Shown here piece by piece: positions 8,729 to 18,540 of a stretch of 55,697 bases of DNA. The notes beneath the pieces were generated by a model. It had not been told where the DNA came from. It saw only the letters and a list, made by a program, of their open reading frames with translations, and ran no database searches. The first letter of the stretch is position 1, and each line of letters opens with the position of its first letter. Made by a program: the position numbers and the translations under genes. Source of the stretch: Candidatus Micrarchaeota archaeon (GTDB taxonomy: Archaea > Micrarchaeota > Micrarchaeia > Anstonellales > JAGGVH01); assembly GCA_021158105.1 (NCBI GenBank), contig JAGGVH010000039.1, positions 1-55,697 of the forward strand, read 5' to 3'.

Positions 8729-9058
8729 ATGAAGATTGAAGTAGACGACGATTCGTTTGAAAAGGAAGTAATTCAAAAATCCAATGAAGTGTTGGTAGTA
8801 GTAGATTTTTGGGCACCGTGGTGCATGCCCTGCCGCGTTCTCGGTCCAGTGCTTGAAAAGATTGCTGACGAATATGACGGCAAATTTTTATTGGCAAAGA
8901 TTAATGTCCAAGAAAATACAATGGTGGCAGACAAGTATCAGATATTAAGCATACCCAACGTCAAATTTTTCAGGAATGGCGGTGTCGTTGACGAGTTTGT
9001 AGGTGCAATGCCTGAACAGATAGTAAAACAATACATTGATAAAAATATTAACAAATAA
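8729..9058 (+). CDS. trxA: Thioredoxin
   Basis: VDFWAPWCMPC active site, SIP cis-Pro motif. Confidence 0.95.
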   Translation: MKIEVDDDSFEKEVIQKSNEVLVVVDFWAPWCMPCRVLGPVLEKIADEYDGKFLLAKINVQENTMVADKYQILSIPNVKFFRNGGVVDEFVGAMPEQIVKQYIDKNINK

Positions 9059-9086
9059 AATCAAAAACAAAAAAGGAGGTGGTAAC

Positions 9087-10328
9087 ATGACAATTTTTGA
9101 GAATGTTATGGATAGGATCGATACTGTAGCAGAAGTATTGGGTTTGAGTGATAATGATAAAGAATACATCTTGAAACACAAGAGGGTTTCCCATGCCACA
9201 CTTAAAGTTAATGGGAAGGAATATGACGCATGGAGGATATTACACAATGACGATTTGGGCCCTGGCAAGGGCGGGATACGATATCATCCAAACGTATCAG
9301 AGGATGAAGTTAAATCATTATCTTTTTGGATGAGCATAAAAAATTCGTTGGCCGGGTTGCCTTATGGCGGTGCAAAGGGTGGGATCAAAGTTAATCCAAA
9401 AGAATTAACAAAGGATGAATTGCAAGAATTAAGCAGAAAATATGTTGATGCGTTTGCTGACGTGTTAGGTGATAACATTGACATTCCCGCCCCTGATGTC
9501 AATACTAATGCAGAGGTTATGGGTTGGATGTTGGATGAGTATGAAAAGGTTAAAGGTGCCCATGCACCTGCAACATTCACCGGCAAACCGTTAGAACTTG
9601 GAGGATTAGAAACACGAAATGAGGCAACCGGGTTTGGCGGCTGGCTTGTTTTAAGAGAAATGATGAACCTGAAGTGTATCAACCAAAAGATGTATTGCCC
9701 GCCAGAACACGAACATGTTACTGTTGCAGTGCAAGGGTTTGGGAATGTTGGCAAATATTTTGCAAAGTATGCTTACATGAACGGACTAAGAATCGTGGCA
9801 GTGAGCGACAGTAAAGGTGCAGTGTACAATCCTGACGGCTTGGAAATTAACAAACTGATTGAACATAAGCAGGAGACCGGTGCACTTAAAGGGTTCAAAA
9901 ATTCTAAAGACATAACCAATGAAGAGTTGTTAGAACTTAAAGTAGACGTAGTGGCCCCTGCAGCACTTGAAAACCAAATCACAGAGGATAATGCTGACAA
10001 GATTAAGGCCGACATGATACTTGAACTTGCAAACGGTCCAGTCAATTCAAAGGCTGATAAAATATTGAAAGAAAAAGGAGTAACAGTAATCCCTGACATA
10101 CTGGCAAATGCCGGCGGAGTAGTGTCAAGCTATCAAGAATGGGTCAACAATAAACTGGGAAATTATATGGACAAGGAAGATGTATTAAAACTGTTTGAAA
10201 AGATAATGGTCGATGCTGCCAAGAAGGTTTATATTGAGTCAAGCACAAAAAACACTGACCTTAGAACTGCAGCATACATGTTAGCAATACAAAGGATCTT
10301 GAAAGCTAAACATGCAAGGGGAAGATGA
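9087..10328 (+). CDS. gdhA: Glutamate (Glu/Leu/Phe/Val) dehydrogenase
   Basis: GPGKGGIRYHP, GGAKGG, DIPAPD, QGFGNVG, ELANGP, PDILANAGGV; ATG 9087 follows GGAGGTGG. Confidence 0.95.
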   Translation: MTIFENVMDRIDTVAEVLGLSDNDKEYILKHKRVSHATLKVNGKEYDAWRILHNDDLGPGKGGIRYHPNVSEDEVKSLSFWMSIKNSLAGLPYGGAKGGIKVNPKELTKDELQELSRKYVDAFADVLGDNIDIPAPDVNTNAEVMGWMLDEYEKVKGAHAPATFTGKPLELGGLETRNEATGFGGWLVLREMMNLKCINQKMYCPPEHEHVTVAVQGFGNVGKYFAKYAYMNGLRIVAVSDSKGAVYNPDGLEINKLIEHKQETGALKGFKNSKDITNEELLELKVDVVAPAALENQITEDNADKIKADMILELANGPVNSKADKILKEKGVTVIPDILANAGGVVSSYQEWVNNKLGNYMDKEDVLKLFEKIMVDAAKKVYIESSTKNTDLRTAAYMLAIQRILKAKHARGR

Positions 10329-10672
10329 TGATAGATTTCGCATGCAAACGAATCAACATGGCAGACATCATCAGATGCAGTTTTAGTTTGACTAAAACTG
10401 AGTATAAGATTTTTGCGTTATTCATCAGTAGCAAGAAACATGTTACTGTGCAACACATTGCCAACAAACTACATCTTGACCGCACAACAGTTCAGAAATC
10501 ATTAAAACGTATGATGACAAAAAACCTTATTATTCGGAGACAGAAGAACTTAAACAAGGGTGGATATGTCTATTTATATTCTTTAAAAGATAAGCATAAG
10601 ATTAAAAAGGACCTGAGTGATATTGTGTATGGCTGGTCAAAAAATGTGTTAATGGAGATTAAACGGTTTTGA
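10325..10672 (+). CDS. Winged HTH transcriptional regulator (TrmB/COG3355-like)
   Basis: IIRCSFSLTKTEYKIF...IANKLHLDRTTVQKSLKRM...GGYVYLY pattern. Confidence 0.8.
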   Translation: MMIDFACKRINMADIIRCSFSLTKTEYKIFALFISSKKHVTVQHIANKLHLDRTTVQKSLKRMMTKNLIIRRQKNLNKGGYVYLYSLKDKHKIKKDLSDIVYGWSKNVLMEIKRF

Positions 10673-10673
10673 G

Positions 10674-10967
10674 ATGAAGTATATGAAGAAAGAGAAAATC
10701 GCCGGTGTCATTGAAAAAATTGACAATAAGGTAACTGAATTTATCAATGAAGATAACAGAAAGAAAAAAGAAGTAATTGGCAAACAGATATCCAACCTGT
10801 GCATAACCAACTTTAAACTTATTGCAGAATACAATCACAAGATGGCAGAGATTGCCCAGCCGTTGATTGCCTTGGGATATTATCGCGCAGATGATAACAT
10901 GTTTGACCCTAACATCACAAAATTAAAAGAAATAATGAACAAGTTGAAAGGGATGATTAGAAAATGA
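10674..10967 (+). CDS. Hypothetical protein
   Basis: Starts 2 nt after the upstream stop and overlaps the next ORF by 4 nt; no motif recognised. Confidence 0.6.
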   Translation: MKYMKKEKIAGVIEKIDNKVTEFINEDNRKKKEVIGKQISNLCITNFKLIAEYNHKMAEIAQPLIALGYYRADDNMFDPNITKLKEIMNKLKGMIRK

Positions 10968-11278
10968 AACACTATGCAATCGTGTATGATAATCTGACAT
11001 TATACTTCCATTCCCACCCAGTCCAGTTTAAAGTCGGGCTTGGGTTTATTGGCGATTTGGAAAACGGAAGAGTTAAAGGTGTTGACCTTAATGCTATGCG
11101 CAATGAACTTGAAAAGATTAACTTTAGTATAAGGGGCAGAGAGATTAAAGACCTGTTTAAAGAATATAAGGGCATGGAAACCATTGCATTATACTTTCTT
11201 GACAAGGTGGGACATGCTGACTTTGTCAAGATTATTGAGAATGACACTGAAGAGGTTGTCATTTATAGAGTTAAATAA
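10964..11278 (+). CDS. Hypothetical protein
   Basis: ATGA overlap with the upstream ORF; no motif recognised. Confidence 0.6.
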   Translation: MKHYAIVYDNLTLYFHSHPVQFKVGLGFIGDLENGRVKGVDLNAMRNELEKINFSIRGREIKDLFKEYKGMETIALYFLDKVGHADFVKIIENDTEEVVIYRVK

Positions 11279-11310
11279 AATACCAAAAATATAAATATTG
11301 CCTGTTAACA

Positions 11311-11901
11311 TTATAACTTCAGTGCAGTATCAGAGATCATAATAAGGATGGGCAACAAATAAATGGGCACTGCAATACCTGATAGTAATCCTGTTACAAT
11401 CCGCAACATGTTGTTACTGTGGTGAAGCCCAACAAATTGCAATGTACCGTCCACTGCCAAAGGCAATATTAACAAAACAAACAACCATATAGGTGGCGGT
11501 TGTGACTTGTCTTTCTTAAACAGAAACGGAATTACGCCCAACAACATTCCAATGTATATTGACAAACATCTTGAACATACTGGAAACTTATACCCTATCA
11601 TGTTCTCATTGGTCACAGTAATATCTTTTGTATAGATAAAAGACGATTCTGGAAGACAATTGCCAACATATTTTAATGAGTCATTATCATAAAACACACA
11701 TAATGACCGCTGGGTCAGCTGGTGACACGTCGGTGCCATTATAGTGTATGACATCCCACCCATTATTGGATCTATCCTGTAAACAAAAGGTGTAACCAAC
11801 AAAAATACAACAAACAAAAACATAAATATTGAATAGATTGCCACAATGACGTTAACTATGTTCCCACGAAAAAAATTTAAGATTACACGGGAGTGCTTCA
11901 T
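11311..11901 (-). CDS. DUF2085-family membrane protein
   Basis: TCHQ...RS, PVCSRCLSIYIG, PLAVDGTLQ, RIVTGLLSG motifs with TM helices. Confidence 0.85.
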   Translation of the reverse strand: MKHSRVILNFFRGNIVNVIVAIYSIFMFLFVVFLLVTPFVYRIDPIMGGMSYTIMAPTCHQLTQRSLCVFYDNDSLKYVGNCLPESSFIYTKDITVTNENMIGYKFPVCSRCLSIYIGMLLGVIPFLFKKDKSQPPPIWLFVLLILPLAVDGTLQFVGLHHSNNMLRIVTGLLSGIAVPIYLLPILIMISDTALKL

Positions 11902-11919
11902 ACTATCATCATAACATCT

Positions 11920-12153
11920 CTATTTGATACCCAACGCCTTGTTAACTTCTTTCTCGTTTGACGGGTCAACCTTGTGCGGTGTAGGTTCAAGATGTTTGAT
12001 TGTACATCTTCTTTCCTTCTGTCCTTTTTTCCTGTCAGCTGACCGTATCATCACAGTTTTATCATCAATAACTTTTGTTATTACTACAGGTTTGCCGGCA
12101 TCCCTGCCAGCCAATTTTATACATACTTTCCCAACTTCAATTATCTTTGCCAT
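11920..12153 (-). CDS. rpl14e: 50S ribosomal protein L14e
   Basis: IEVGKVCIKLAGRDAGK, KHLEPT; conserved position after cmk. Confidence 0.95.
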   Translation of the reverse strand: MAKIIEVGKVCIKLAGRDAGKPVVITKVIDDKTVMIRSADRKKGQKERRCTIKHLEPTPHKVDPSNEKEVNKALGIK

Positions 12154-12835
12154 GATTATCCACCTCGTATTTTATATTAGGATACTTTTCTTCAAGTTTG
12201 TTTAATATCATCCATGCACTATGCTCAGGATCGTTAACATAAGAATCAATCACAAAAAAGTCACTTATGTCAGTAATGTCAATATTGTAAACCTCTTTAT
12301 ACCTTTTTATGTCAGAATTATCTCTTTCAATAAAATACTTCACAAGGTCCTGTTTAGTTTCAAACTTCATAAGGTCTGGCCTGTCCTCATTCCTGTGCAG
12401 CCATGCATGTTCTGCCCGCTGTTCAGGTGTTTTCTTGAGTGCAACTTTGAGGTTCACATCATCAATCTTCCACGGTCCAAGCCTGTTGGTTACAAACACA
12501 ATCAAATACCTCTTTCTCAATTCCTGAACCTCTTTGTTTACCATGTCATCAAACTGCTCATCAAACCCGACAAGTTCACTCGGCTCACCAGTATTCTTTG
12601 CTTTTTGTATATCAGCAGAAAAATCTTTCACATCAGTATACCCATACTGCCCCATAACATGCCTAAACGTCTTGTTATAAAGTTTAACCTTACCTTTAAA
12701 CTTTGCAAACTCTTTCCTATACTCCTCAGGCATGTCCTTCCAATACTTTGGCTTCTCAGCATTTGACAGTCTATAAAATGCATTAGCAACAGAATCTTTG
12801 CCACTGCCAGACATTCCTGTTAATGTTATGACCAT
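12137..12835 (-). CDS. cmk: Cytidylate kinase (archaeal type) with an insertion
   Basis: ITLTGMSGSGKD P-loop, FDDMV, RL..W, D.KRYKEVYNIDI; sits between L34e and L14e. Confidence 0.8.
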   Translation of the reverse strand: MVITLTGMSGSGKDSVANAFYRLSNAEKPKYWKDMPEEYRKEFAKFKGKVKLYNKTFRHVMGQYGYTDVKDFSADIQKAKNTGEPSELVGFDEQFDDMVNKEVQELRKRYLIVFVTNRLGPWKIDDVNLKVALKKTPEQRAEHAWLHRNEDRPDLMKFETKQDLVKYFIERDNSDIKRYKEVYNIDITDISDFFVIDSYVNDPEHSAWMILNKLEEKYPNIKYEVDNHGKDN

Positions 12836-12865
12836 CCCTTTCAAGATATTCTCACCCTACACAAT

Positions 12866-13192
12866 CTATTCTTTCAATTCAACCTTGACATACTTCCTAT
12901 ACTTTATAGCAACATCCTCCAACTTCATCATTCCCTGCTCAACCCTGTTTGCATACTTTAATACTAACTTAAGTTCGTCAGGACTAAGATGTCCTGCATA
13001 CTTTCTTGACGGTACACGGTGGGACTTGGGAATGTTGGGCTTGTTTGATACGCCTCTTAACAACTTGTGAGATATTGAACTGTAATGCAACCTGTTTTTC
13101 TTTCTTCGTTTATACCGTGTTACAGTATTGCCCCCCGGCGTTCTAACAAACAACTTGCGCTTTGATTTTGACCTGTTCATCGGCTTAGTCAT
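12866..13192 (-). CDS. rpl34e: 50S ribosomal protein L34e
   Basis: RKLFVRTPGG, RVPSRKYAGHLSP motifs. Confidence 0.93.
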   Translation of the reverse strand: MTKPMNRSKSKRKLFVRTPGGNTVTRYKRRKKNRLHYSSISHKLLRGVSNKPNIPKSHRVPSRKYAGHLSPDELKLVLKYANRVEQGMMKLEDVAIKYRKYVKVELKE

Positions 13193-13700
13193 CTTCTCTC
13201 ACCTCATCAACATTAACTTTTTTTTTAAAGTGCTCCATCTCAAGAATCTTATAGAACAATGAATTAACCACAAACCCCATGACAAAAAGTAAAATTATCA
13301 GGAACTCTCCCGCATTGTAAACATTGCTCGCGTGAAGAATTGGTATGCCCATCGGCAATGTAAAATAAACACCATTATAGTTTGTGTTGACATATGAAAA
13401 CACCAACGCAACCAATGGTAATATGATAATCATTGGAACCATTGACTTAAACATTACTTTGCTCATCTTGCTCATCATTCCAACCTGTTTGGCCTGTAAT
13501 TCTGAAAGTTTAGCTTTATCATTCCTTTTTTCTGCATCTTTCAACTCCTTCTGCAACTGTTTCATCTCCTTGTTGATTTCCCTCATCTGTTTCCGTGCAC
13601 CCCATGCATGATTGATCGCTACTACAATATACAAATACCCTGTAGCAATCAATACTATTACCATCCAAACTGGAATCTCAATACCCATCATTCTTTCCAC
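13185..13700 (-). CDS. DUF106/EMC3/TMCO1 (Oxa1-superfamily) membrane protein
   Basis: TM - coiled coil - TM layout (MSKVMFKSMVPMIIILP); conserved position between adk and L34e. Confidence 0.85.
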   Translation of the reverse strand: MERMMGIEIPVWMVIVLIATGYLYIVVAINHAWGARKQMREINKEMKQLQKELKDAEKRNDKAKLSELQAKQVGMMSKMSKVMFKSMVPMIIILPLVALVFSYVNTNYNGVYFTLPMGIPILHASNVYNAGEFLIILLFVMGFVVNSLFYKILEMEHFKKKVNVDEVREDD

Positions 13701-14251
13701 CTTAATAACAATTCTTTAACCTTGTTTACTGCTATGCTAACATCCTTTGAATTGTCAACAACTGTCAACGGGGCAGAATAAAAAACTGAATATGATACTG
13801 CATAAAGTTTTGAAAGAGTTGTAAGTTCTTTAATCTCATCTATGAAGTCAGTCCTTTTGCGCGTGGCATCATTAGCCATTCTCTGCCTAATAACTTCATT
13901 GTCTGCAGTGATCAACAAAAACCTTTTCGGTTTGAGATCTGCCCATTCTGGAAGCCCGGGAAGGAAACCCTCTACTGTCCTGACAAAGGCATGAGTATCC
14001 AAAACAACCTCTTTACCATTTTCTTTTTCCATGTTATTAATCACTGAAAATATTTCCTTCTGAAAAGATTGCTGCTTCTTAAGCGGTAATGTGCGAACCA
14101 TGTCCCTGTCAATCCCCAAATCACTTATATGTCTTGATACAAGGTCACCGTAGACTACTTTCTGATACTTATCACTGATTGCATTGTCCTCAAACACCTT
14201 TGAAATCACAGTAGTCTTGCCAGCCCCTGGCACACCAAATATGACAATCAT
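13688..14251 (-). CDS. adkA: Adenylate kinase (archaeal type)
   Basis: FGVPGAGKTT P-loop, LDTHAFV...GFLPGLP, RRMANDATRKR-like lid; follows secY. Confidence 0.92.
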   Translation of the reverse strand: MIVIFGVPGAGKTTVISKVFEDNAISDKYQKVVYGDLVSRHISDLGIDRDMVRTLPLKKQQSFQKEIFSVINNMEKENGKEVVLDTHAFVRTVEGFLPGLPEWADLKPKRFLLITADNEVIRQRMANDATRKRTDFIDEIKELTTLSKLYAVSYSVFYSAPLTVVDNSKDVSIAVNKVKELLLRWKE

Positions 14252-14252
14252 C

Positions 14253-15791
14253 CTACTTCCCTCCAAAGATTGTTCCTAAAATAGGAACAAACCTGAACGC
14301 TCCCATCTGGTCAAGCTGCTGATACAACCTATGAAGGATCATAACAGTCAACAATATCCCTGTCCCTGTGCCCAATGCGCCTGTTATGTTGGCAAACGCA
14401 GCCAACATACCGACAAATGCTGACCCAATTATCGTGATTGTTGGAATATATTTGTCAAGCGTGCGCTCGATAATCCTCGGGTCGCGCCGCATCCCAGGAA
14501 TGTGCAACCCATACTGGAACAATTGTTTTGCAACATCCTTAGCGCTCATGCTTGCAGTCTCAACCCAGAATATGCCAAACATCACTGACAACAGAATGTA
14601 TGCCAACAAATAAACAATAAGATGAATTATCAAAGGAATCTTAAACACCTGTGACGAACCGGTTAATAATGTATCAATATGAGACCCTATGTTAGTATCA
14701 TACCCTGGAACAATATCTCTTGATGTTAACAAATAAAGAAGACCGTCAGCAAACTGTTTCTTGCCACCGACTGTTGAATTTGTCACTTCATTTCCCCCAA
14801 CATTGTAAACTAAAAGCCCAGTAGGATTATTTTCAGCAGTCCATATGATGTTTTGTACAAAGTCGTCATAAGGCGGGAGACCCGCATTACCTATGTTGGG
14901 ATCAGCTGACGGGAACACGTTTGCTACAACCTGCACATTCATCAATAACGCAGCAGTTAATATGACTGGTATGTTCGAAACATAAAGCAGAGGAATAGAA
15001 TGGACAGTATCCATACCCCTCATCTGACCAAACACCAGTGGAATGTCAACCTTTAACCCTTCTGCATACACAACCACTAAGAATACTATCGCAGTAGAAA
15101 CAAACGGTGCAAGGATTATCAATGCCGAAGGGATAGCCTCAGAACCTCCCCCTGCACCACCTAAGAGAGTAGCCAGAGAACTACTCAACAATCCTAACCC
15201 TAATGACACCACCATGAAAGATACGCCTGCTGCGATAAATAAACTAATCCCTGAGCCAATCCCTCTTTTTTGTATGATCTCATCAAGGTACATTAATATG
15301 ATTGACCCGGCAGCTATCTGAACAGTAACTAATAACAAAACTGGAATCTCACTGCCAGGTATGCCGAATGTTTGCAGTGCAAAAAAGCCTTTACCCACTG
15401 TAAAAAAGAACGCCTCAACAAAGGCTAATATGATTGCCAACACTTTCTGAAACGTGAAAAAATTCCGTCTATCCTCTGGGTTGGACATGTCAACCTCAAA
15501 TATCCCTGCACCCATAAACAGTTGCAAGAAAATGCTACCTAAAACGATCGGGCCAATCCCAGTGGTCAACAATGACCCCATCCTAGATGCAGTCACAGCT
15601 GATAAGAAGTTTAATTCACCAGTCATCTCAGAAATGGGTTTGACACCTATCACTATTGTATTGTACATTAAGAAGTAAATCACTAATGCTAACCCCACCC
15701 ACATCAACCTTTCAGACATGCTTGGTATGCCCTCAGCCGGAGTAATCTCAGGCAATACTTTCCTAAACGGTTTAATAAAATCTATCCTCAT
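14253..15791 (-). CDS. secY: Preprotein translocase SecY
   Basis: GSLLTTGIGPIV, LDEII.KRGIGSGISLFIAAG, LLYVSNIPVIL, IPGMRRDPR, GTGTGILL motifs. Confidence 0.97.
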   Translation of the reverse strand: MRIDFIKPFRKVLPEITPAEGIPSMSERLMWVGLALVIYFLMYNTIVIGVKPISEMTGELNFLSAVTASRMGSLLTTGIGPIVLGSIFLQLFMGAGIFEVDMSNPEDRRNFFTFQKVLAIILAFVEAFFFTVGKGFFALQTFGIPGSEIPVLLLVTVQIAAGSIILMYLDEIIQKRGIGSGISLFIAAGVSFMVVSLGLGLLSSSLATLLGGAGGGSEAIPSALIILAPFVSTAIVFLVVVYAEGLKVDIPLVFGQMRGMDTVHSIPLLYVSNIPVILTAALLMNVQVVANVFPSADPNIGNAGLPPYDDFVQNIIWTAENNPTGLLVYNVGGNEVTNSTVGGKKQFADGLLYLLTSRDIVPGYDTNIGSHIDTLLTGSSQVFKIPLIIHLIVYLLAYILLSVMFGIFWVETASMSAKDVAKQLFQYGLHIPGMRRDPRIIERTLDKYIPTITIIGSAFVGMLAAFANITGALGTGTGILLTVMILHRLYQQLDQMGAFRFVPILGTIFGGK

Positions 15792-16315
15792 TCATTATCC
15801 CCTTTCTTATTTTTTGTCACATCCACATCATTTTTTTTATCTTTCTTTACATCTTTGTCCAAGTTCACCTTCTCTTTGCTGTTTCCACTTTTCTTATCAT
15901 CTAAAGAACTTAAAGGAGTATTAAGCAAGACAGCTTTACCTCCTGCACCCACAATCTTATTCTTAGCAACCTTAGTAAACGCAAACGCACTAACCTCAAC
16001 AGGCTTTGTAATAACGCCAGCACCTAACACCTTACCATAGAAAACATAAGACCCGTTGTCCGCCTGTTTTTCAATGTCCATTACATTAATAGTCGGCAAC
16101 CGTCTTTTATTATATCTTCTAAATCCATGAGAGCCACTGCCCAACTTTCCAGGCTCATACCGTGTAGCATAAGTATACCTGTGCTTCTTAATCCCTGCAC
16201 GCCCCCAGCCACCTTTGTTGCCTTTGCCTCTTCTGTTCTTAGAACTGCCAGCACCACACGTCCTAGTGCCACGGTATTTACCACTTTTCTTTTTAAATCT
16301 TATAGGCATAACCAT
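15788..16315 (-). CDS. rpl15: 50S ribosomal protein L15 with charged C-terminal tail
   Basis: KYRGTRTCGAG..KNRRG.GNKGGWGRAG, GKVLGAG motifs. Confidence 0.95.
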   Translation of the reverse strand: MVMPIRFKKKSGKYRGTRTCGAGSSKNRRGKGNKGGWGRAGIKKHRYTYATRYEPGKLGSGSHGFRRYNKRRLPTINVMDIEKQADNGSYVFYGKVLGAGVITKPVEVSAFAFTKVAKNKIVGAGGKAVLLNTPLSSLDDKKSGNSKEKVNLDKDVKKDKKNDVDVTKNKKGDNE

Positions 16316-16333
16316 TCACCTCAATTATTATAT

Positions 16334-16786
16334 TTAAAACATCCTTTCAATCAAGTTGTCAAGACTTGGCCATTTTCCAAGTGCACCATACGGATACGCA
16401 CGCTTAACACTTTTATATCCGTGTTTTGGCGGCTTCAAACGCATAACCGGTTTAATGCCAAACCTCTTGAGTGATGTCTCACCTTTGTCGAGCAAACTTA
16501 GAAAGTTGTCAATGTCTTTCATTTTTGTGTTATCATCCTTAAGTTTTTTATTCCTTGTAATTTCGCCCTTCTTTATCAACAACTTTTTAGCAACATCTTT
16601 GCTTACCTTGCCAAACGCCACATAATCCTTGCAAACCTTTAACATGCCCATGTAATATGATGTGTCAGGAATCAGTGTTGCATGATTAACCCTTGTCAAG
16701 TTAAGCCTTTGCAAAGTTTTTCTAATTTTGGGCTTAATACCCCACATCCCTCTTACTCTTACAACTCCAATAATCATGTTTAACAC
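16334..16786 (-). CDS. rpl30: 50S ribosomal protein L30 (archaeal long form)
   Basis: VVRVRG, TLQRLNLTRVNHA, MRLKPPKHG, GALG motifs. Confidence 0.95.
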   Translation of the reverse strand: MLNMIIGVVRVRGMWGIKPKIRKTLQRLNLTRVNHATLIPDTSYYMGMLKVCKDYVAFGKVSKDVAKKLLIKKGEITRNKKLKDDNTKMKDIDNFLSLLDKGETSLKRFGIKPVMRLKPPKHGYKSVKRAYPYGALGKWPSLDNLIERMF

Positions 16787-16805
16787 CCCATATTAAATTC
16801 TATGA

Positions 16806-17477
16806 TCACCCTTCAATATTCTGTTTCATAGTATTATTTTTTGAATTAAGATTCTTTAATGCGTCAAGCGTTGCCATTGCAAGGTTGTAAGTGTTTGACG
16901 TCTGCCCCATAGCTTTTGTCCATGCATCGCTAACCCCACCAAATGACAACACCTTTTTAACTGTCTTGTTTGCGACAATGCCTACACCACGCGGAGCAGG
17001 CTTGATAGTTACTCTTACACTGCCACAACGTCCAGTTGTCATGATAGGTATAGAATTTGTGTGACCTTTGGTATCTTCCCATGACCCTGAACCGAGGGTA
17101 ACTTTGATCATGTTTCTTTTGGCATTGACCATTGCACGTTCAACTGCCTGCCTGACTTCAACATGTTTGCCGACTCCTATCCCTACATGACTTCTCTTGT
17201 CACCTACTAATACTACTGCGCGATATGACGGTTTTCTACCGTTATCAGTAACCCTCTGCGTGCTCCTAAGTTCAAGAACCTCACCTTCCATGTTGGGAAC
17301 TAGCTTGTCAATAATTTGATATTCCAATATCGGCCTGCCCTCAGAAAGGATGTCGTCAATGTCAGAGATTTCATTATTATAAACCTTCCTACCTATCTCA
17401 GTCCGAGGAGTCCACTTAGCCAGTTCTTCCTCATTAACAACCTTCATCGCACGATTTCCAAACTTTCTAAACTTCAT
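16806..17477 (-). CDS. rps5: 30S ribosomal protein S5
   Basis: WTPRTEIG, TQRVTDNGRK, GSWED, PAPRGVG motifs. Confidence 0.96.
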   Translation of the reverse strand: MKFRKFGNRAMKVVNEEELAKWTPRTEIGRKVYNNEISDIDDILSEGRPILEYQIIDKLVPNMEGEVLELRSTQRVTDNGRKPSYRAVVLVGDKRSHVGIGVGKHVEVRQAVERAMVNAKRNMIKVTLGSGSWEDTKGHTNSIPIMTTGRCGSVRVTIKPAPRGVGIVANKTVKKVLSFGGVSDAWTKAMGQTSNTYNLAMATLDALKNLNSKNNTMKQNIEG

Positions 17478-17494
17478 AATCTCACCTTTAGATG

Positions 17495-18070
17495 TTAAAC
17501 AATCTTACTCTTTACCTTCTCAAACAAATCAGGTATATCTTCAGGGGTTATCCCTTGCTTGATATAACCAGAAAATTGGCGTTTATACTTCTGCTCATCA
17601 CTTTTTAATTTCTTAGCATATTCTGCAATGTGCAACCCGTTTAATCTTTCCTGGGCGATTATCTTGTCATCATAATTAGTTTCCAACCCGGCATCAACTG
17701 CCCCTTTCATCACTGCAAACAGCAAATTGCCTTTTGTGGGCCGCGCAATACCAATATCCAAAACAAAACTTTTAACATTCTTCTTCAAACTCTCCTTGCC
17801 GCACAGATAACCTGTCAGGTATGCAGTTGGAATGTTAGGCTTGTCAAACCATCCATACTTTCTAAGTTTAGTCGAATCAGTACTAACTATTACCTTGTCA
17901 CCAACCTTGACATACTTAATTATCTGTGCAATTATCCTGTTGTTAGTTTTCCTGACAACCAACCTTGGCCTGCCACTCTTTAGCAGTGCTAATCGTTTCT
18001 TATAATCTGTAAGATTTTTCCTTCTTCTTTTAAAATGAATTATATATTTTGGACCTCTTGCGCGAGTCAT
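17495..18070 (-). CDS. rpl18: 50S ribosomal protein L18
   Basis: RRRKNLTDYKKRLALLKSG.PRLVVRKTN, NIPTAYLTG, GAVDAGL motifs. Confidence 0.96.
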   Translation of the reverse strand: MTRARGPKYIIHFKRRRKNLTDYKKRLALLKSGRPRLVVRKTNNRIIAQIIKYVKVGDKVIVSTDSTKLRKYGWFDKPNIPTAYLTGYLCGKESLKKNVKSFVLDIGIARPTKGNLLFAVMKGAVDAGLETNYDDKIIAQERLNGLHIAEYAKKLKSDEQKYKRQFSGYIKQGITPEDIPDLFEKVKSKIV

Positions 18071-18071
18071 A

Positions 18072-18539
18072 TTAATCACCTTTATTCTTATCTTTTAGCA
18101 TTTTATGCTCATTAATATATGTCATAAATGCATTCTTACTTTTAAACATGTTGCCCTTAATCATATAATACAACTTTTTCCTTGTTTGCGAATCCAACAA
18201 TCCATTATCATAAAGCTCTTTCAACTTCTTCCTCTGGGTACGGACCTTTCTCATCCACAACTCCTTAGTGGAAATACGCGAATACTTCTTACCCTTTCTC
18301 GTACCGCTGCCTCTTCTCCTACCCTTCTTAACCTGTGCATGTTTCACCTTTGCCCTAGCACGTGAAACACCCTGTTTAGGTGTTGCGTAAATAACTTTAT
18401 CTTTTATCATAGAACGAACATCTTCAGCTGTCAACGCCTCGCTTGCCCTTGGTACTTCTTCCTGCTTAATCCTAATCTTATTGATGCCTTTCTTCAACAA
18501 CCTTGAAGCGATCCGTTTAATGCTAAGCAACGTCATCAT
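18072..18539 (-). CDS. rpl19e: 50S ribosomal protein L19e
   Basis: KRIASRLL, GRRRGSGTRKGKK, WMRKVRTQR, YYMIKGN motifs. Confidence 0.96.
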   Translation of the reverse strand: MMTLLSIKRIASRLLKKGINKIRIKQEEVPRASEALTAEDVRSMIKDKVIYATPKQGVSRARAKVKHAQVKKGRRRGSGTRKGKKYSRISTKELWMRKVRTQRKKLKELYDNGLLDSQTRKKLYYMIKGNMFKSKNAFMTYINEHKMLKDKNKGD

Positions 18540-18540
18540 A

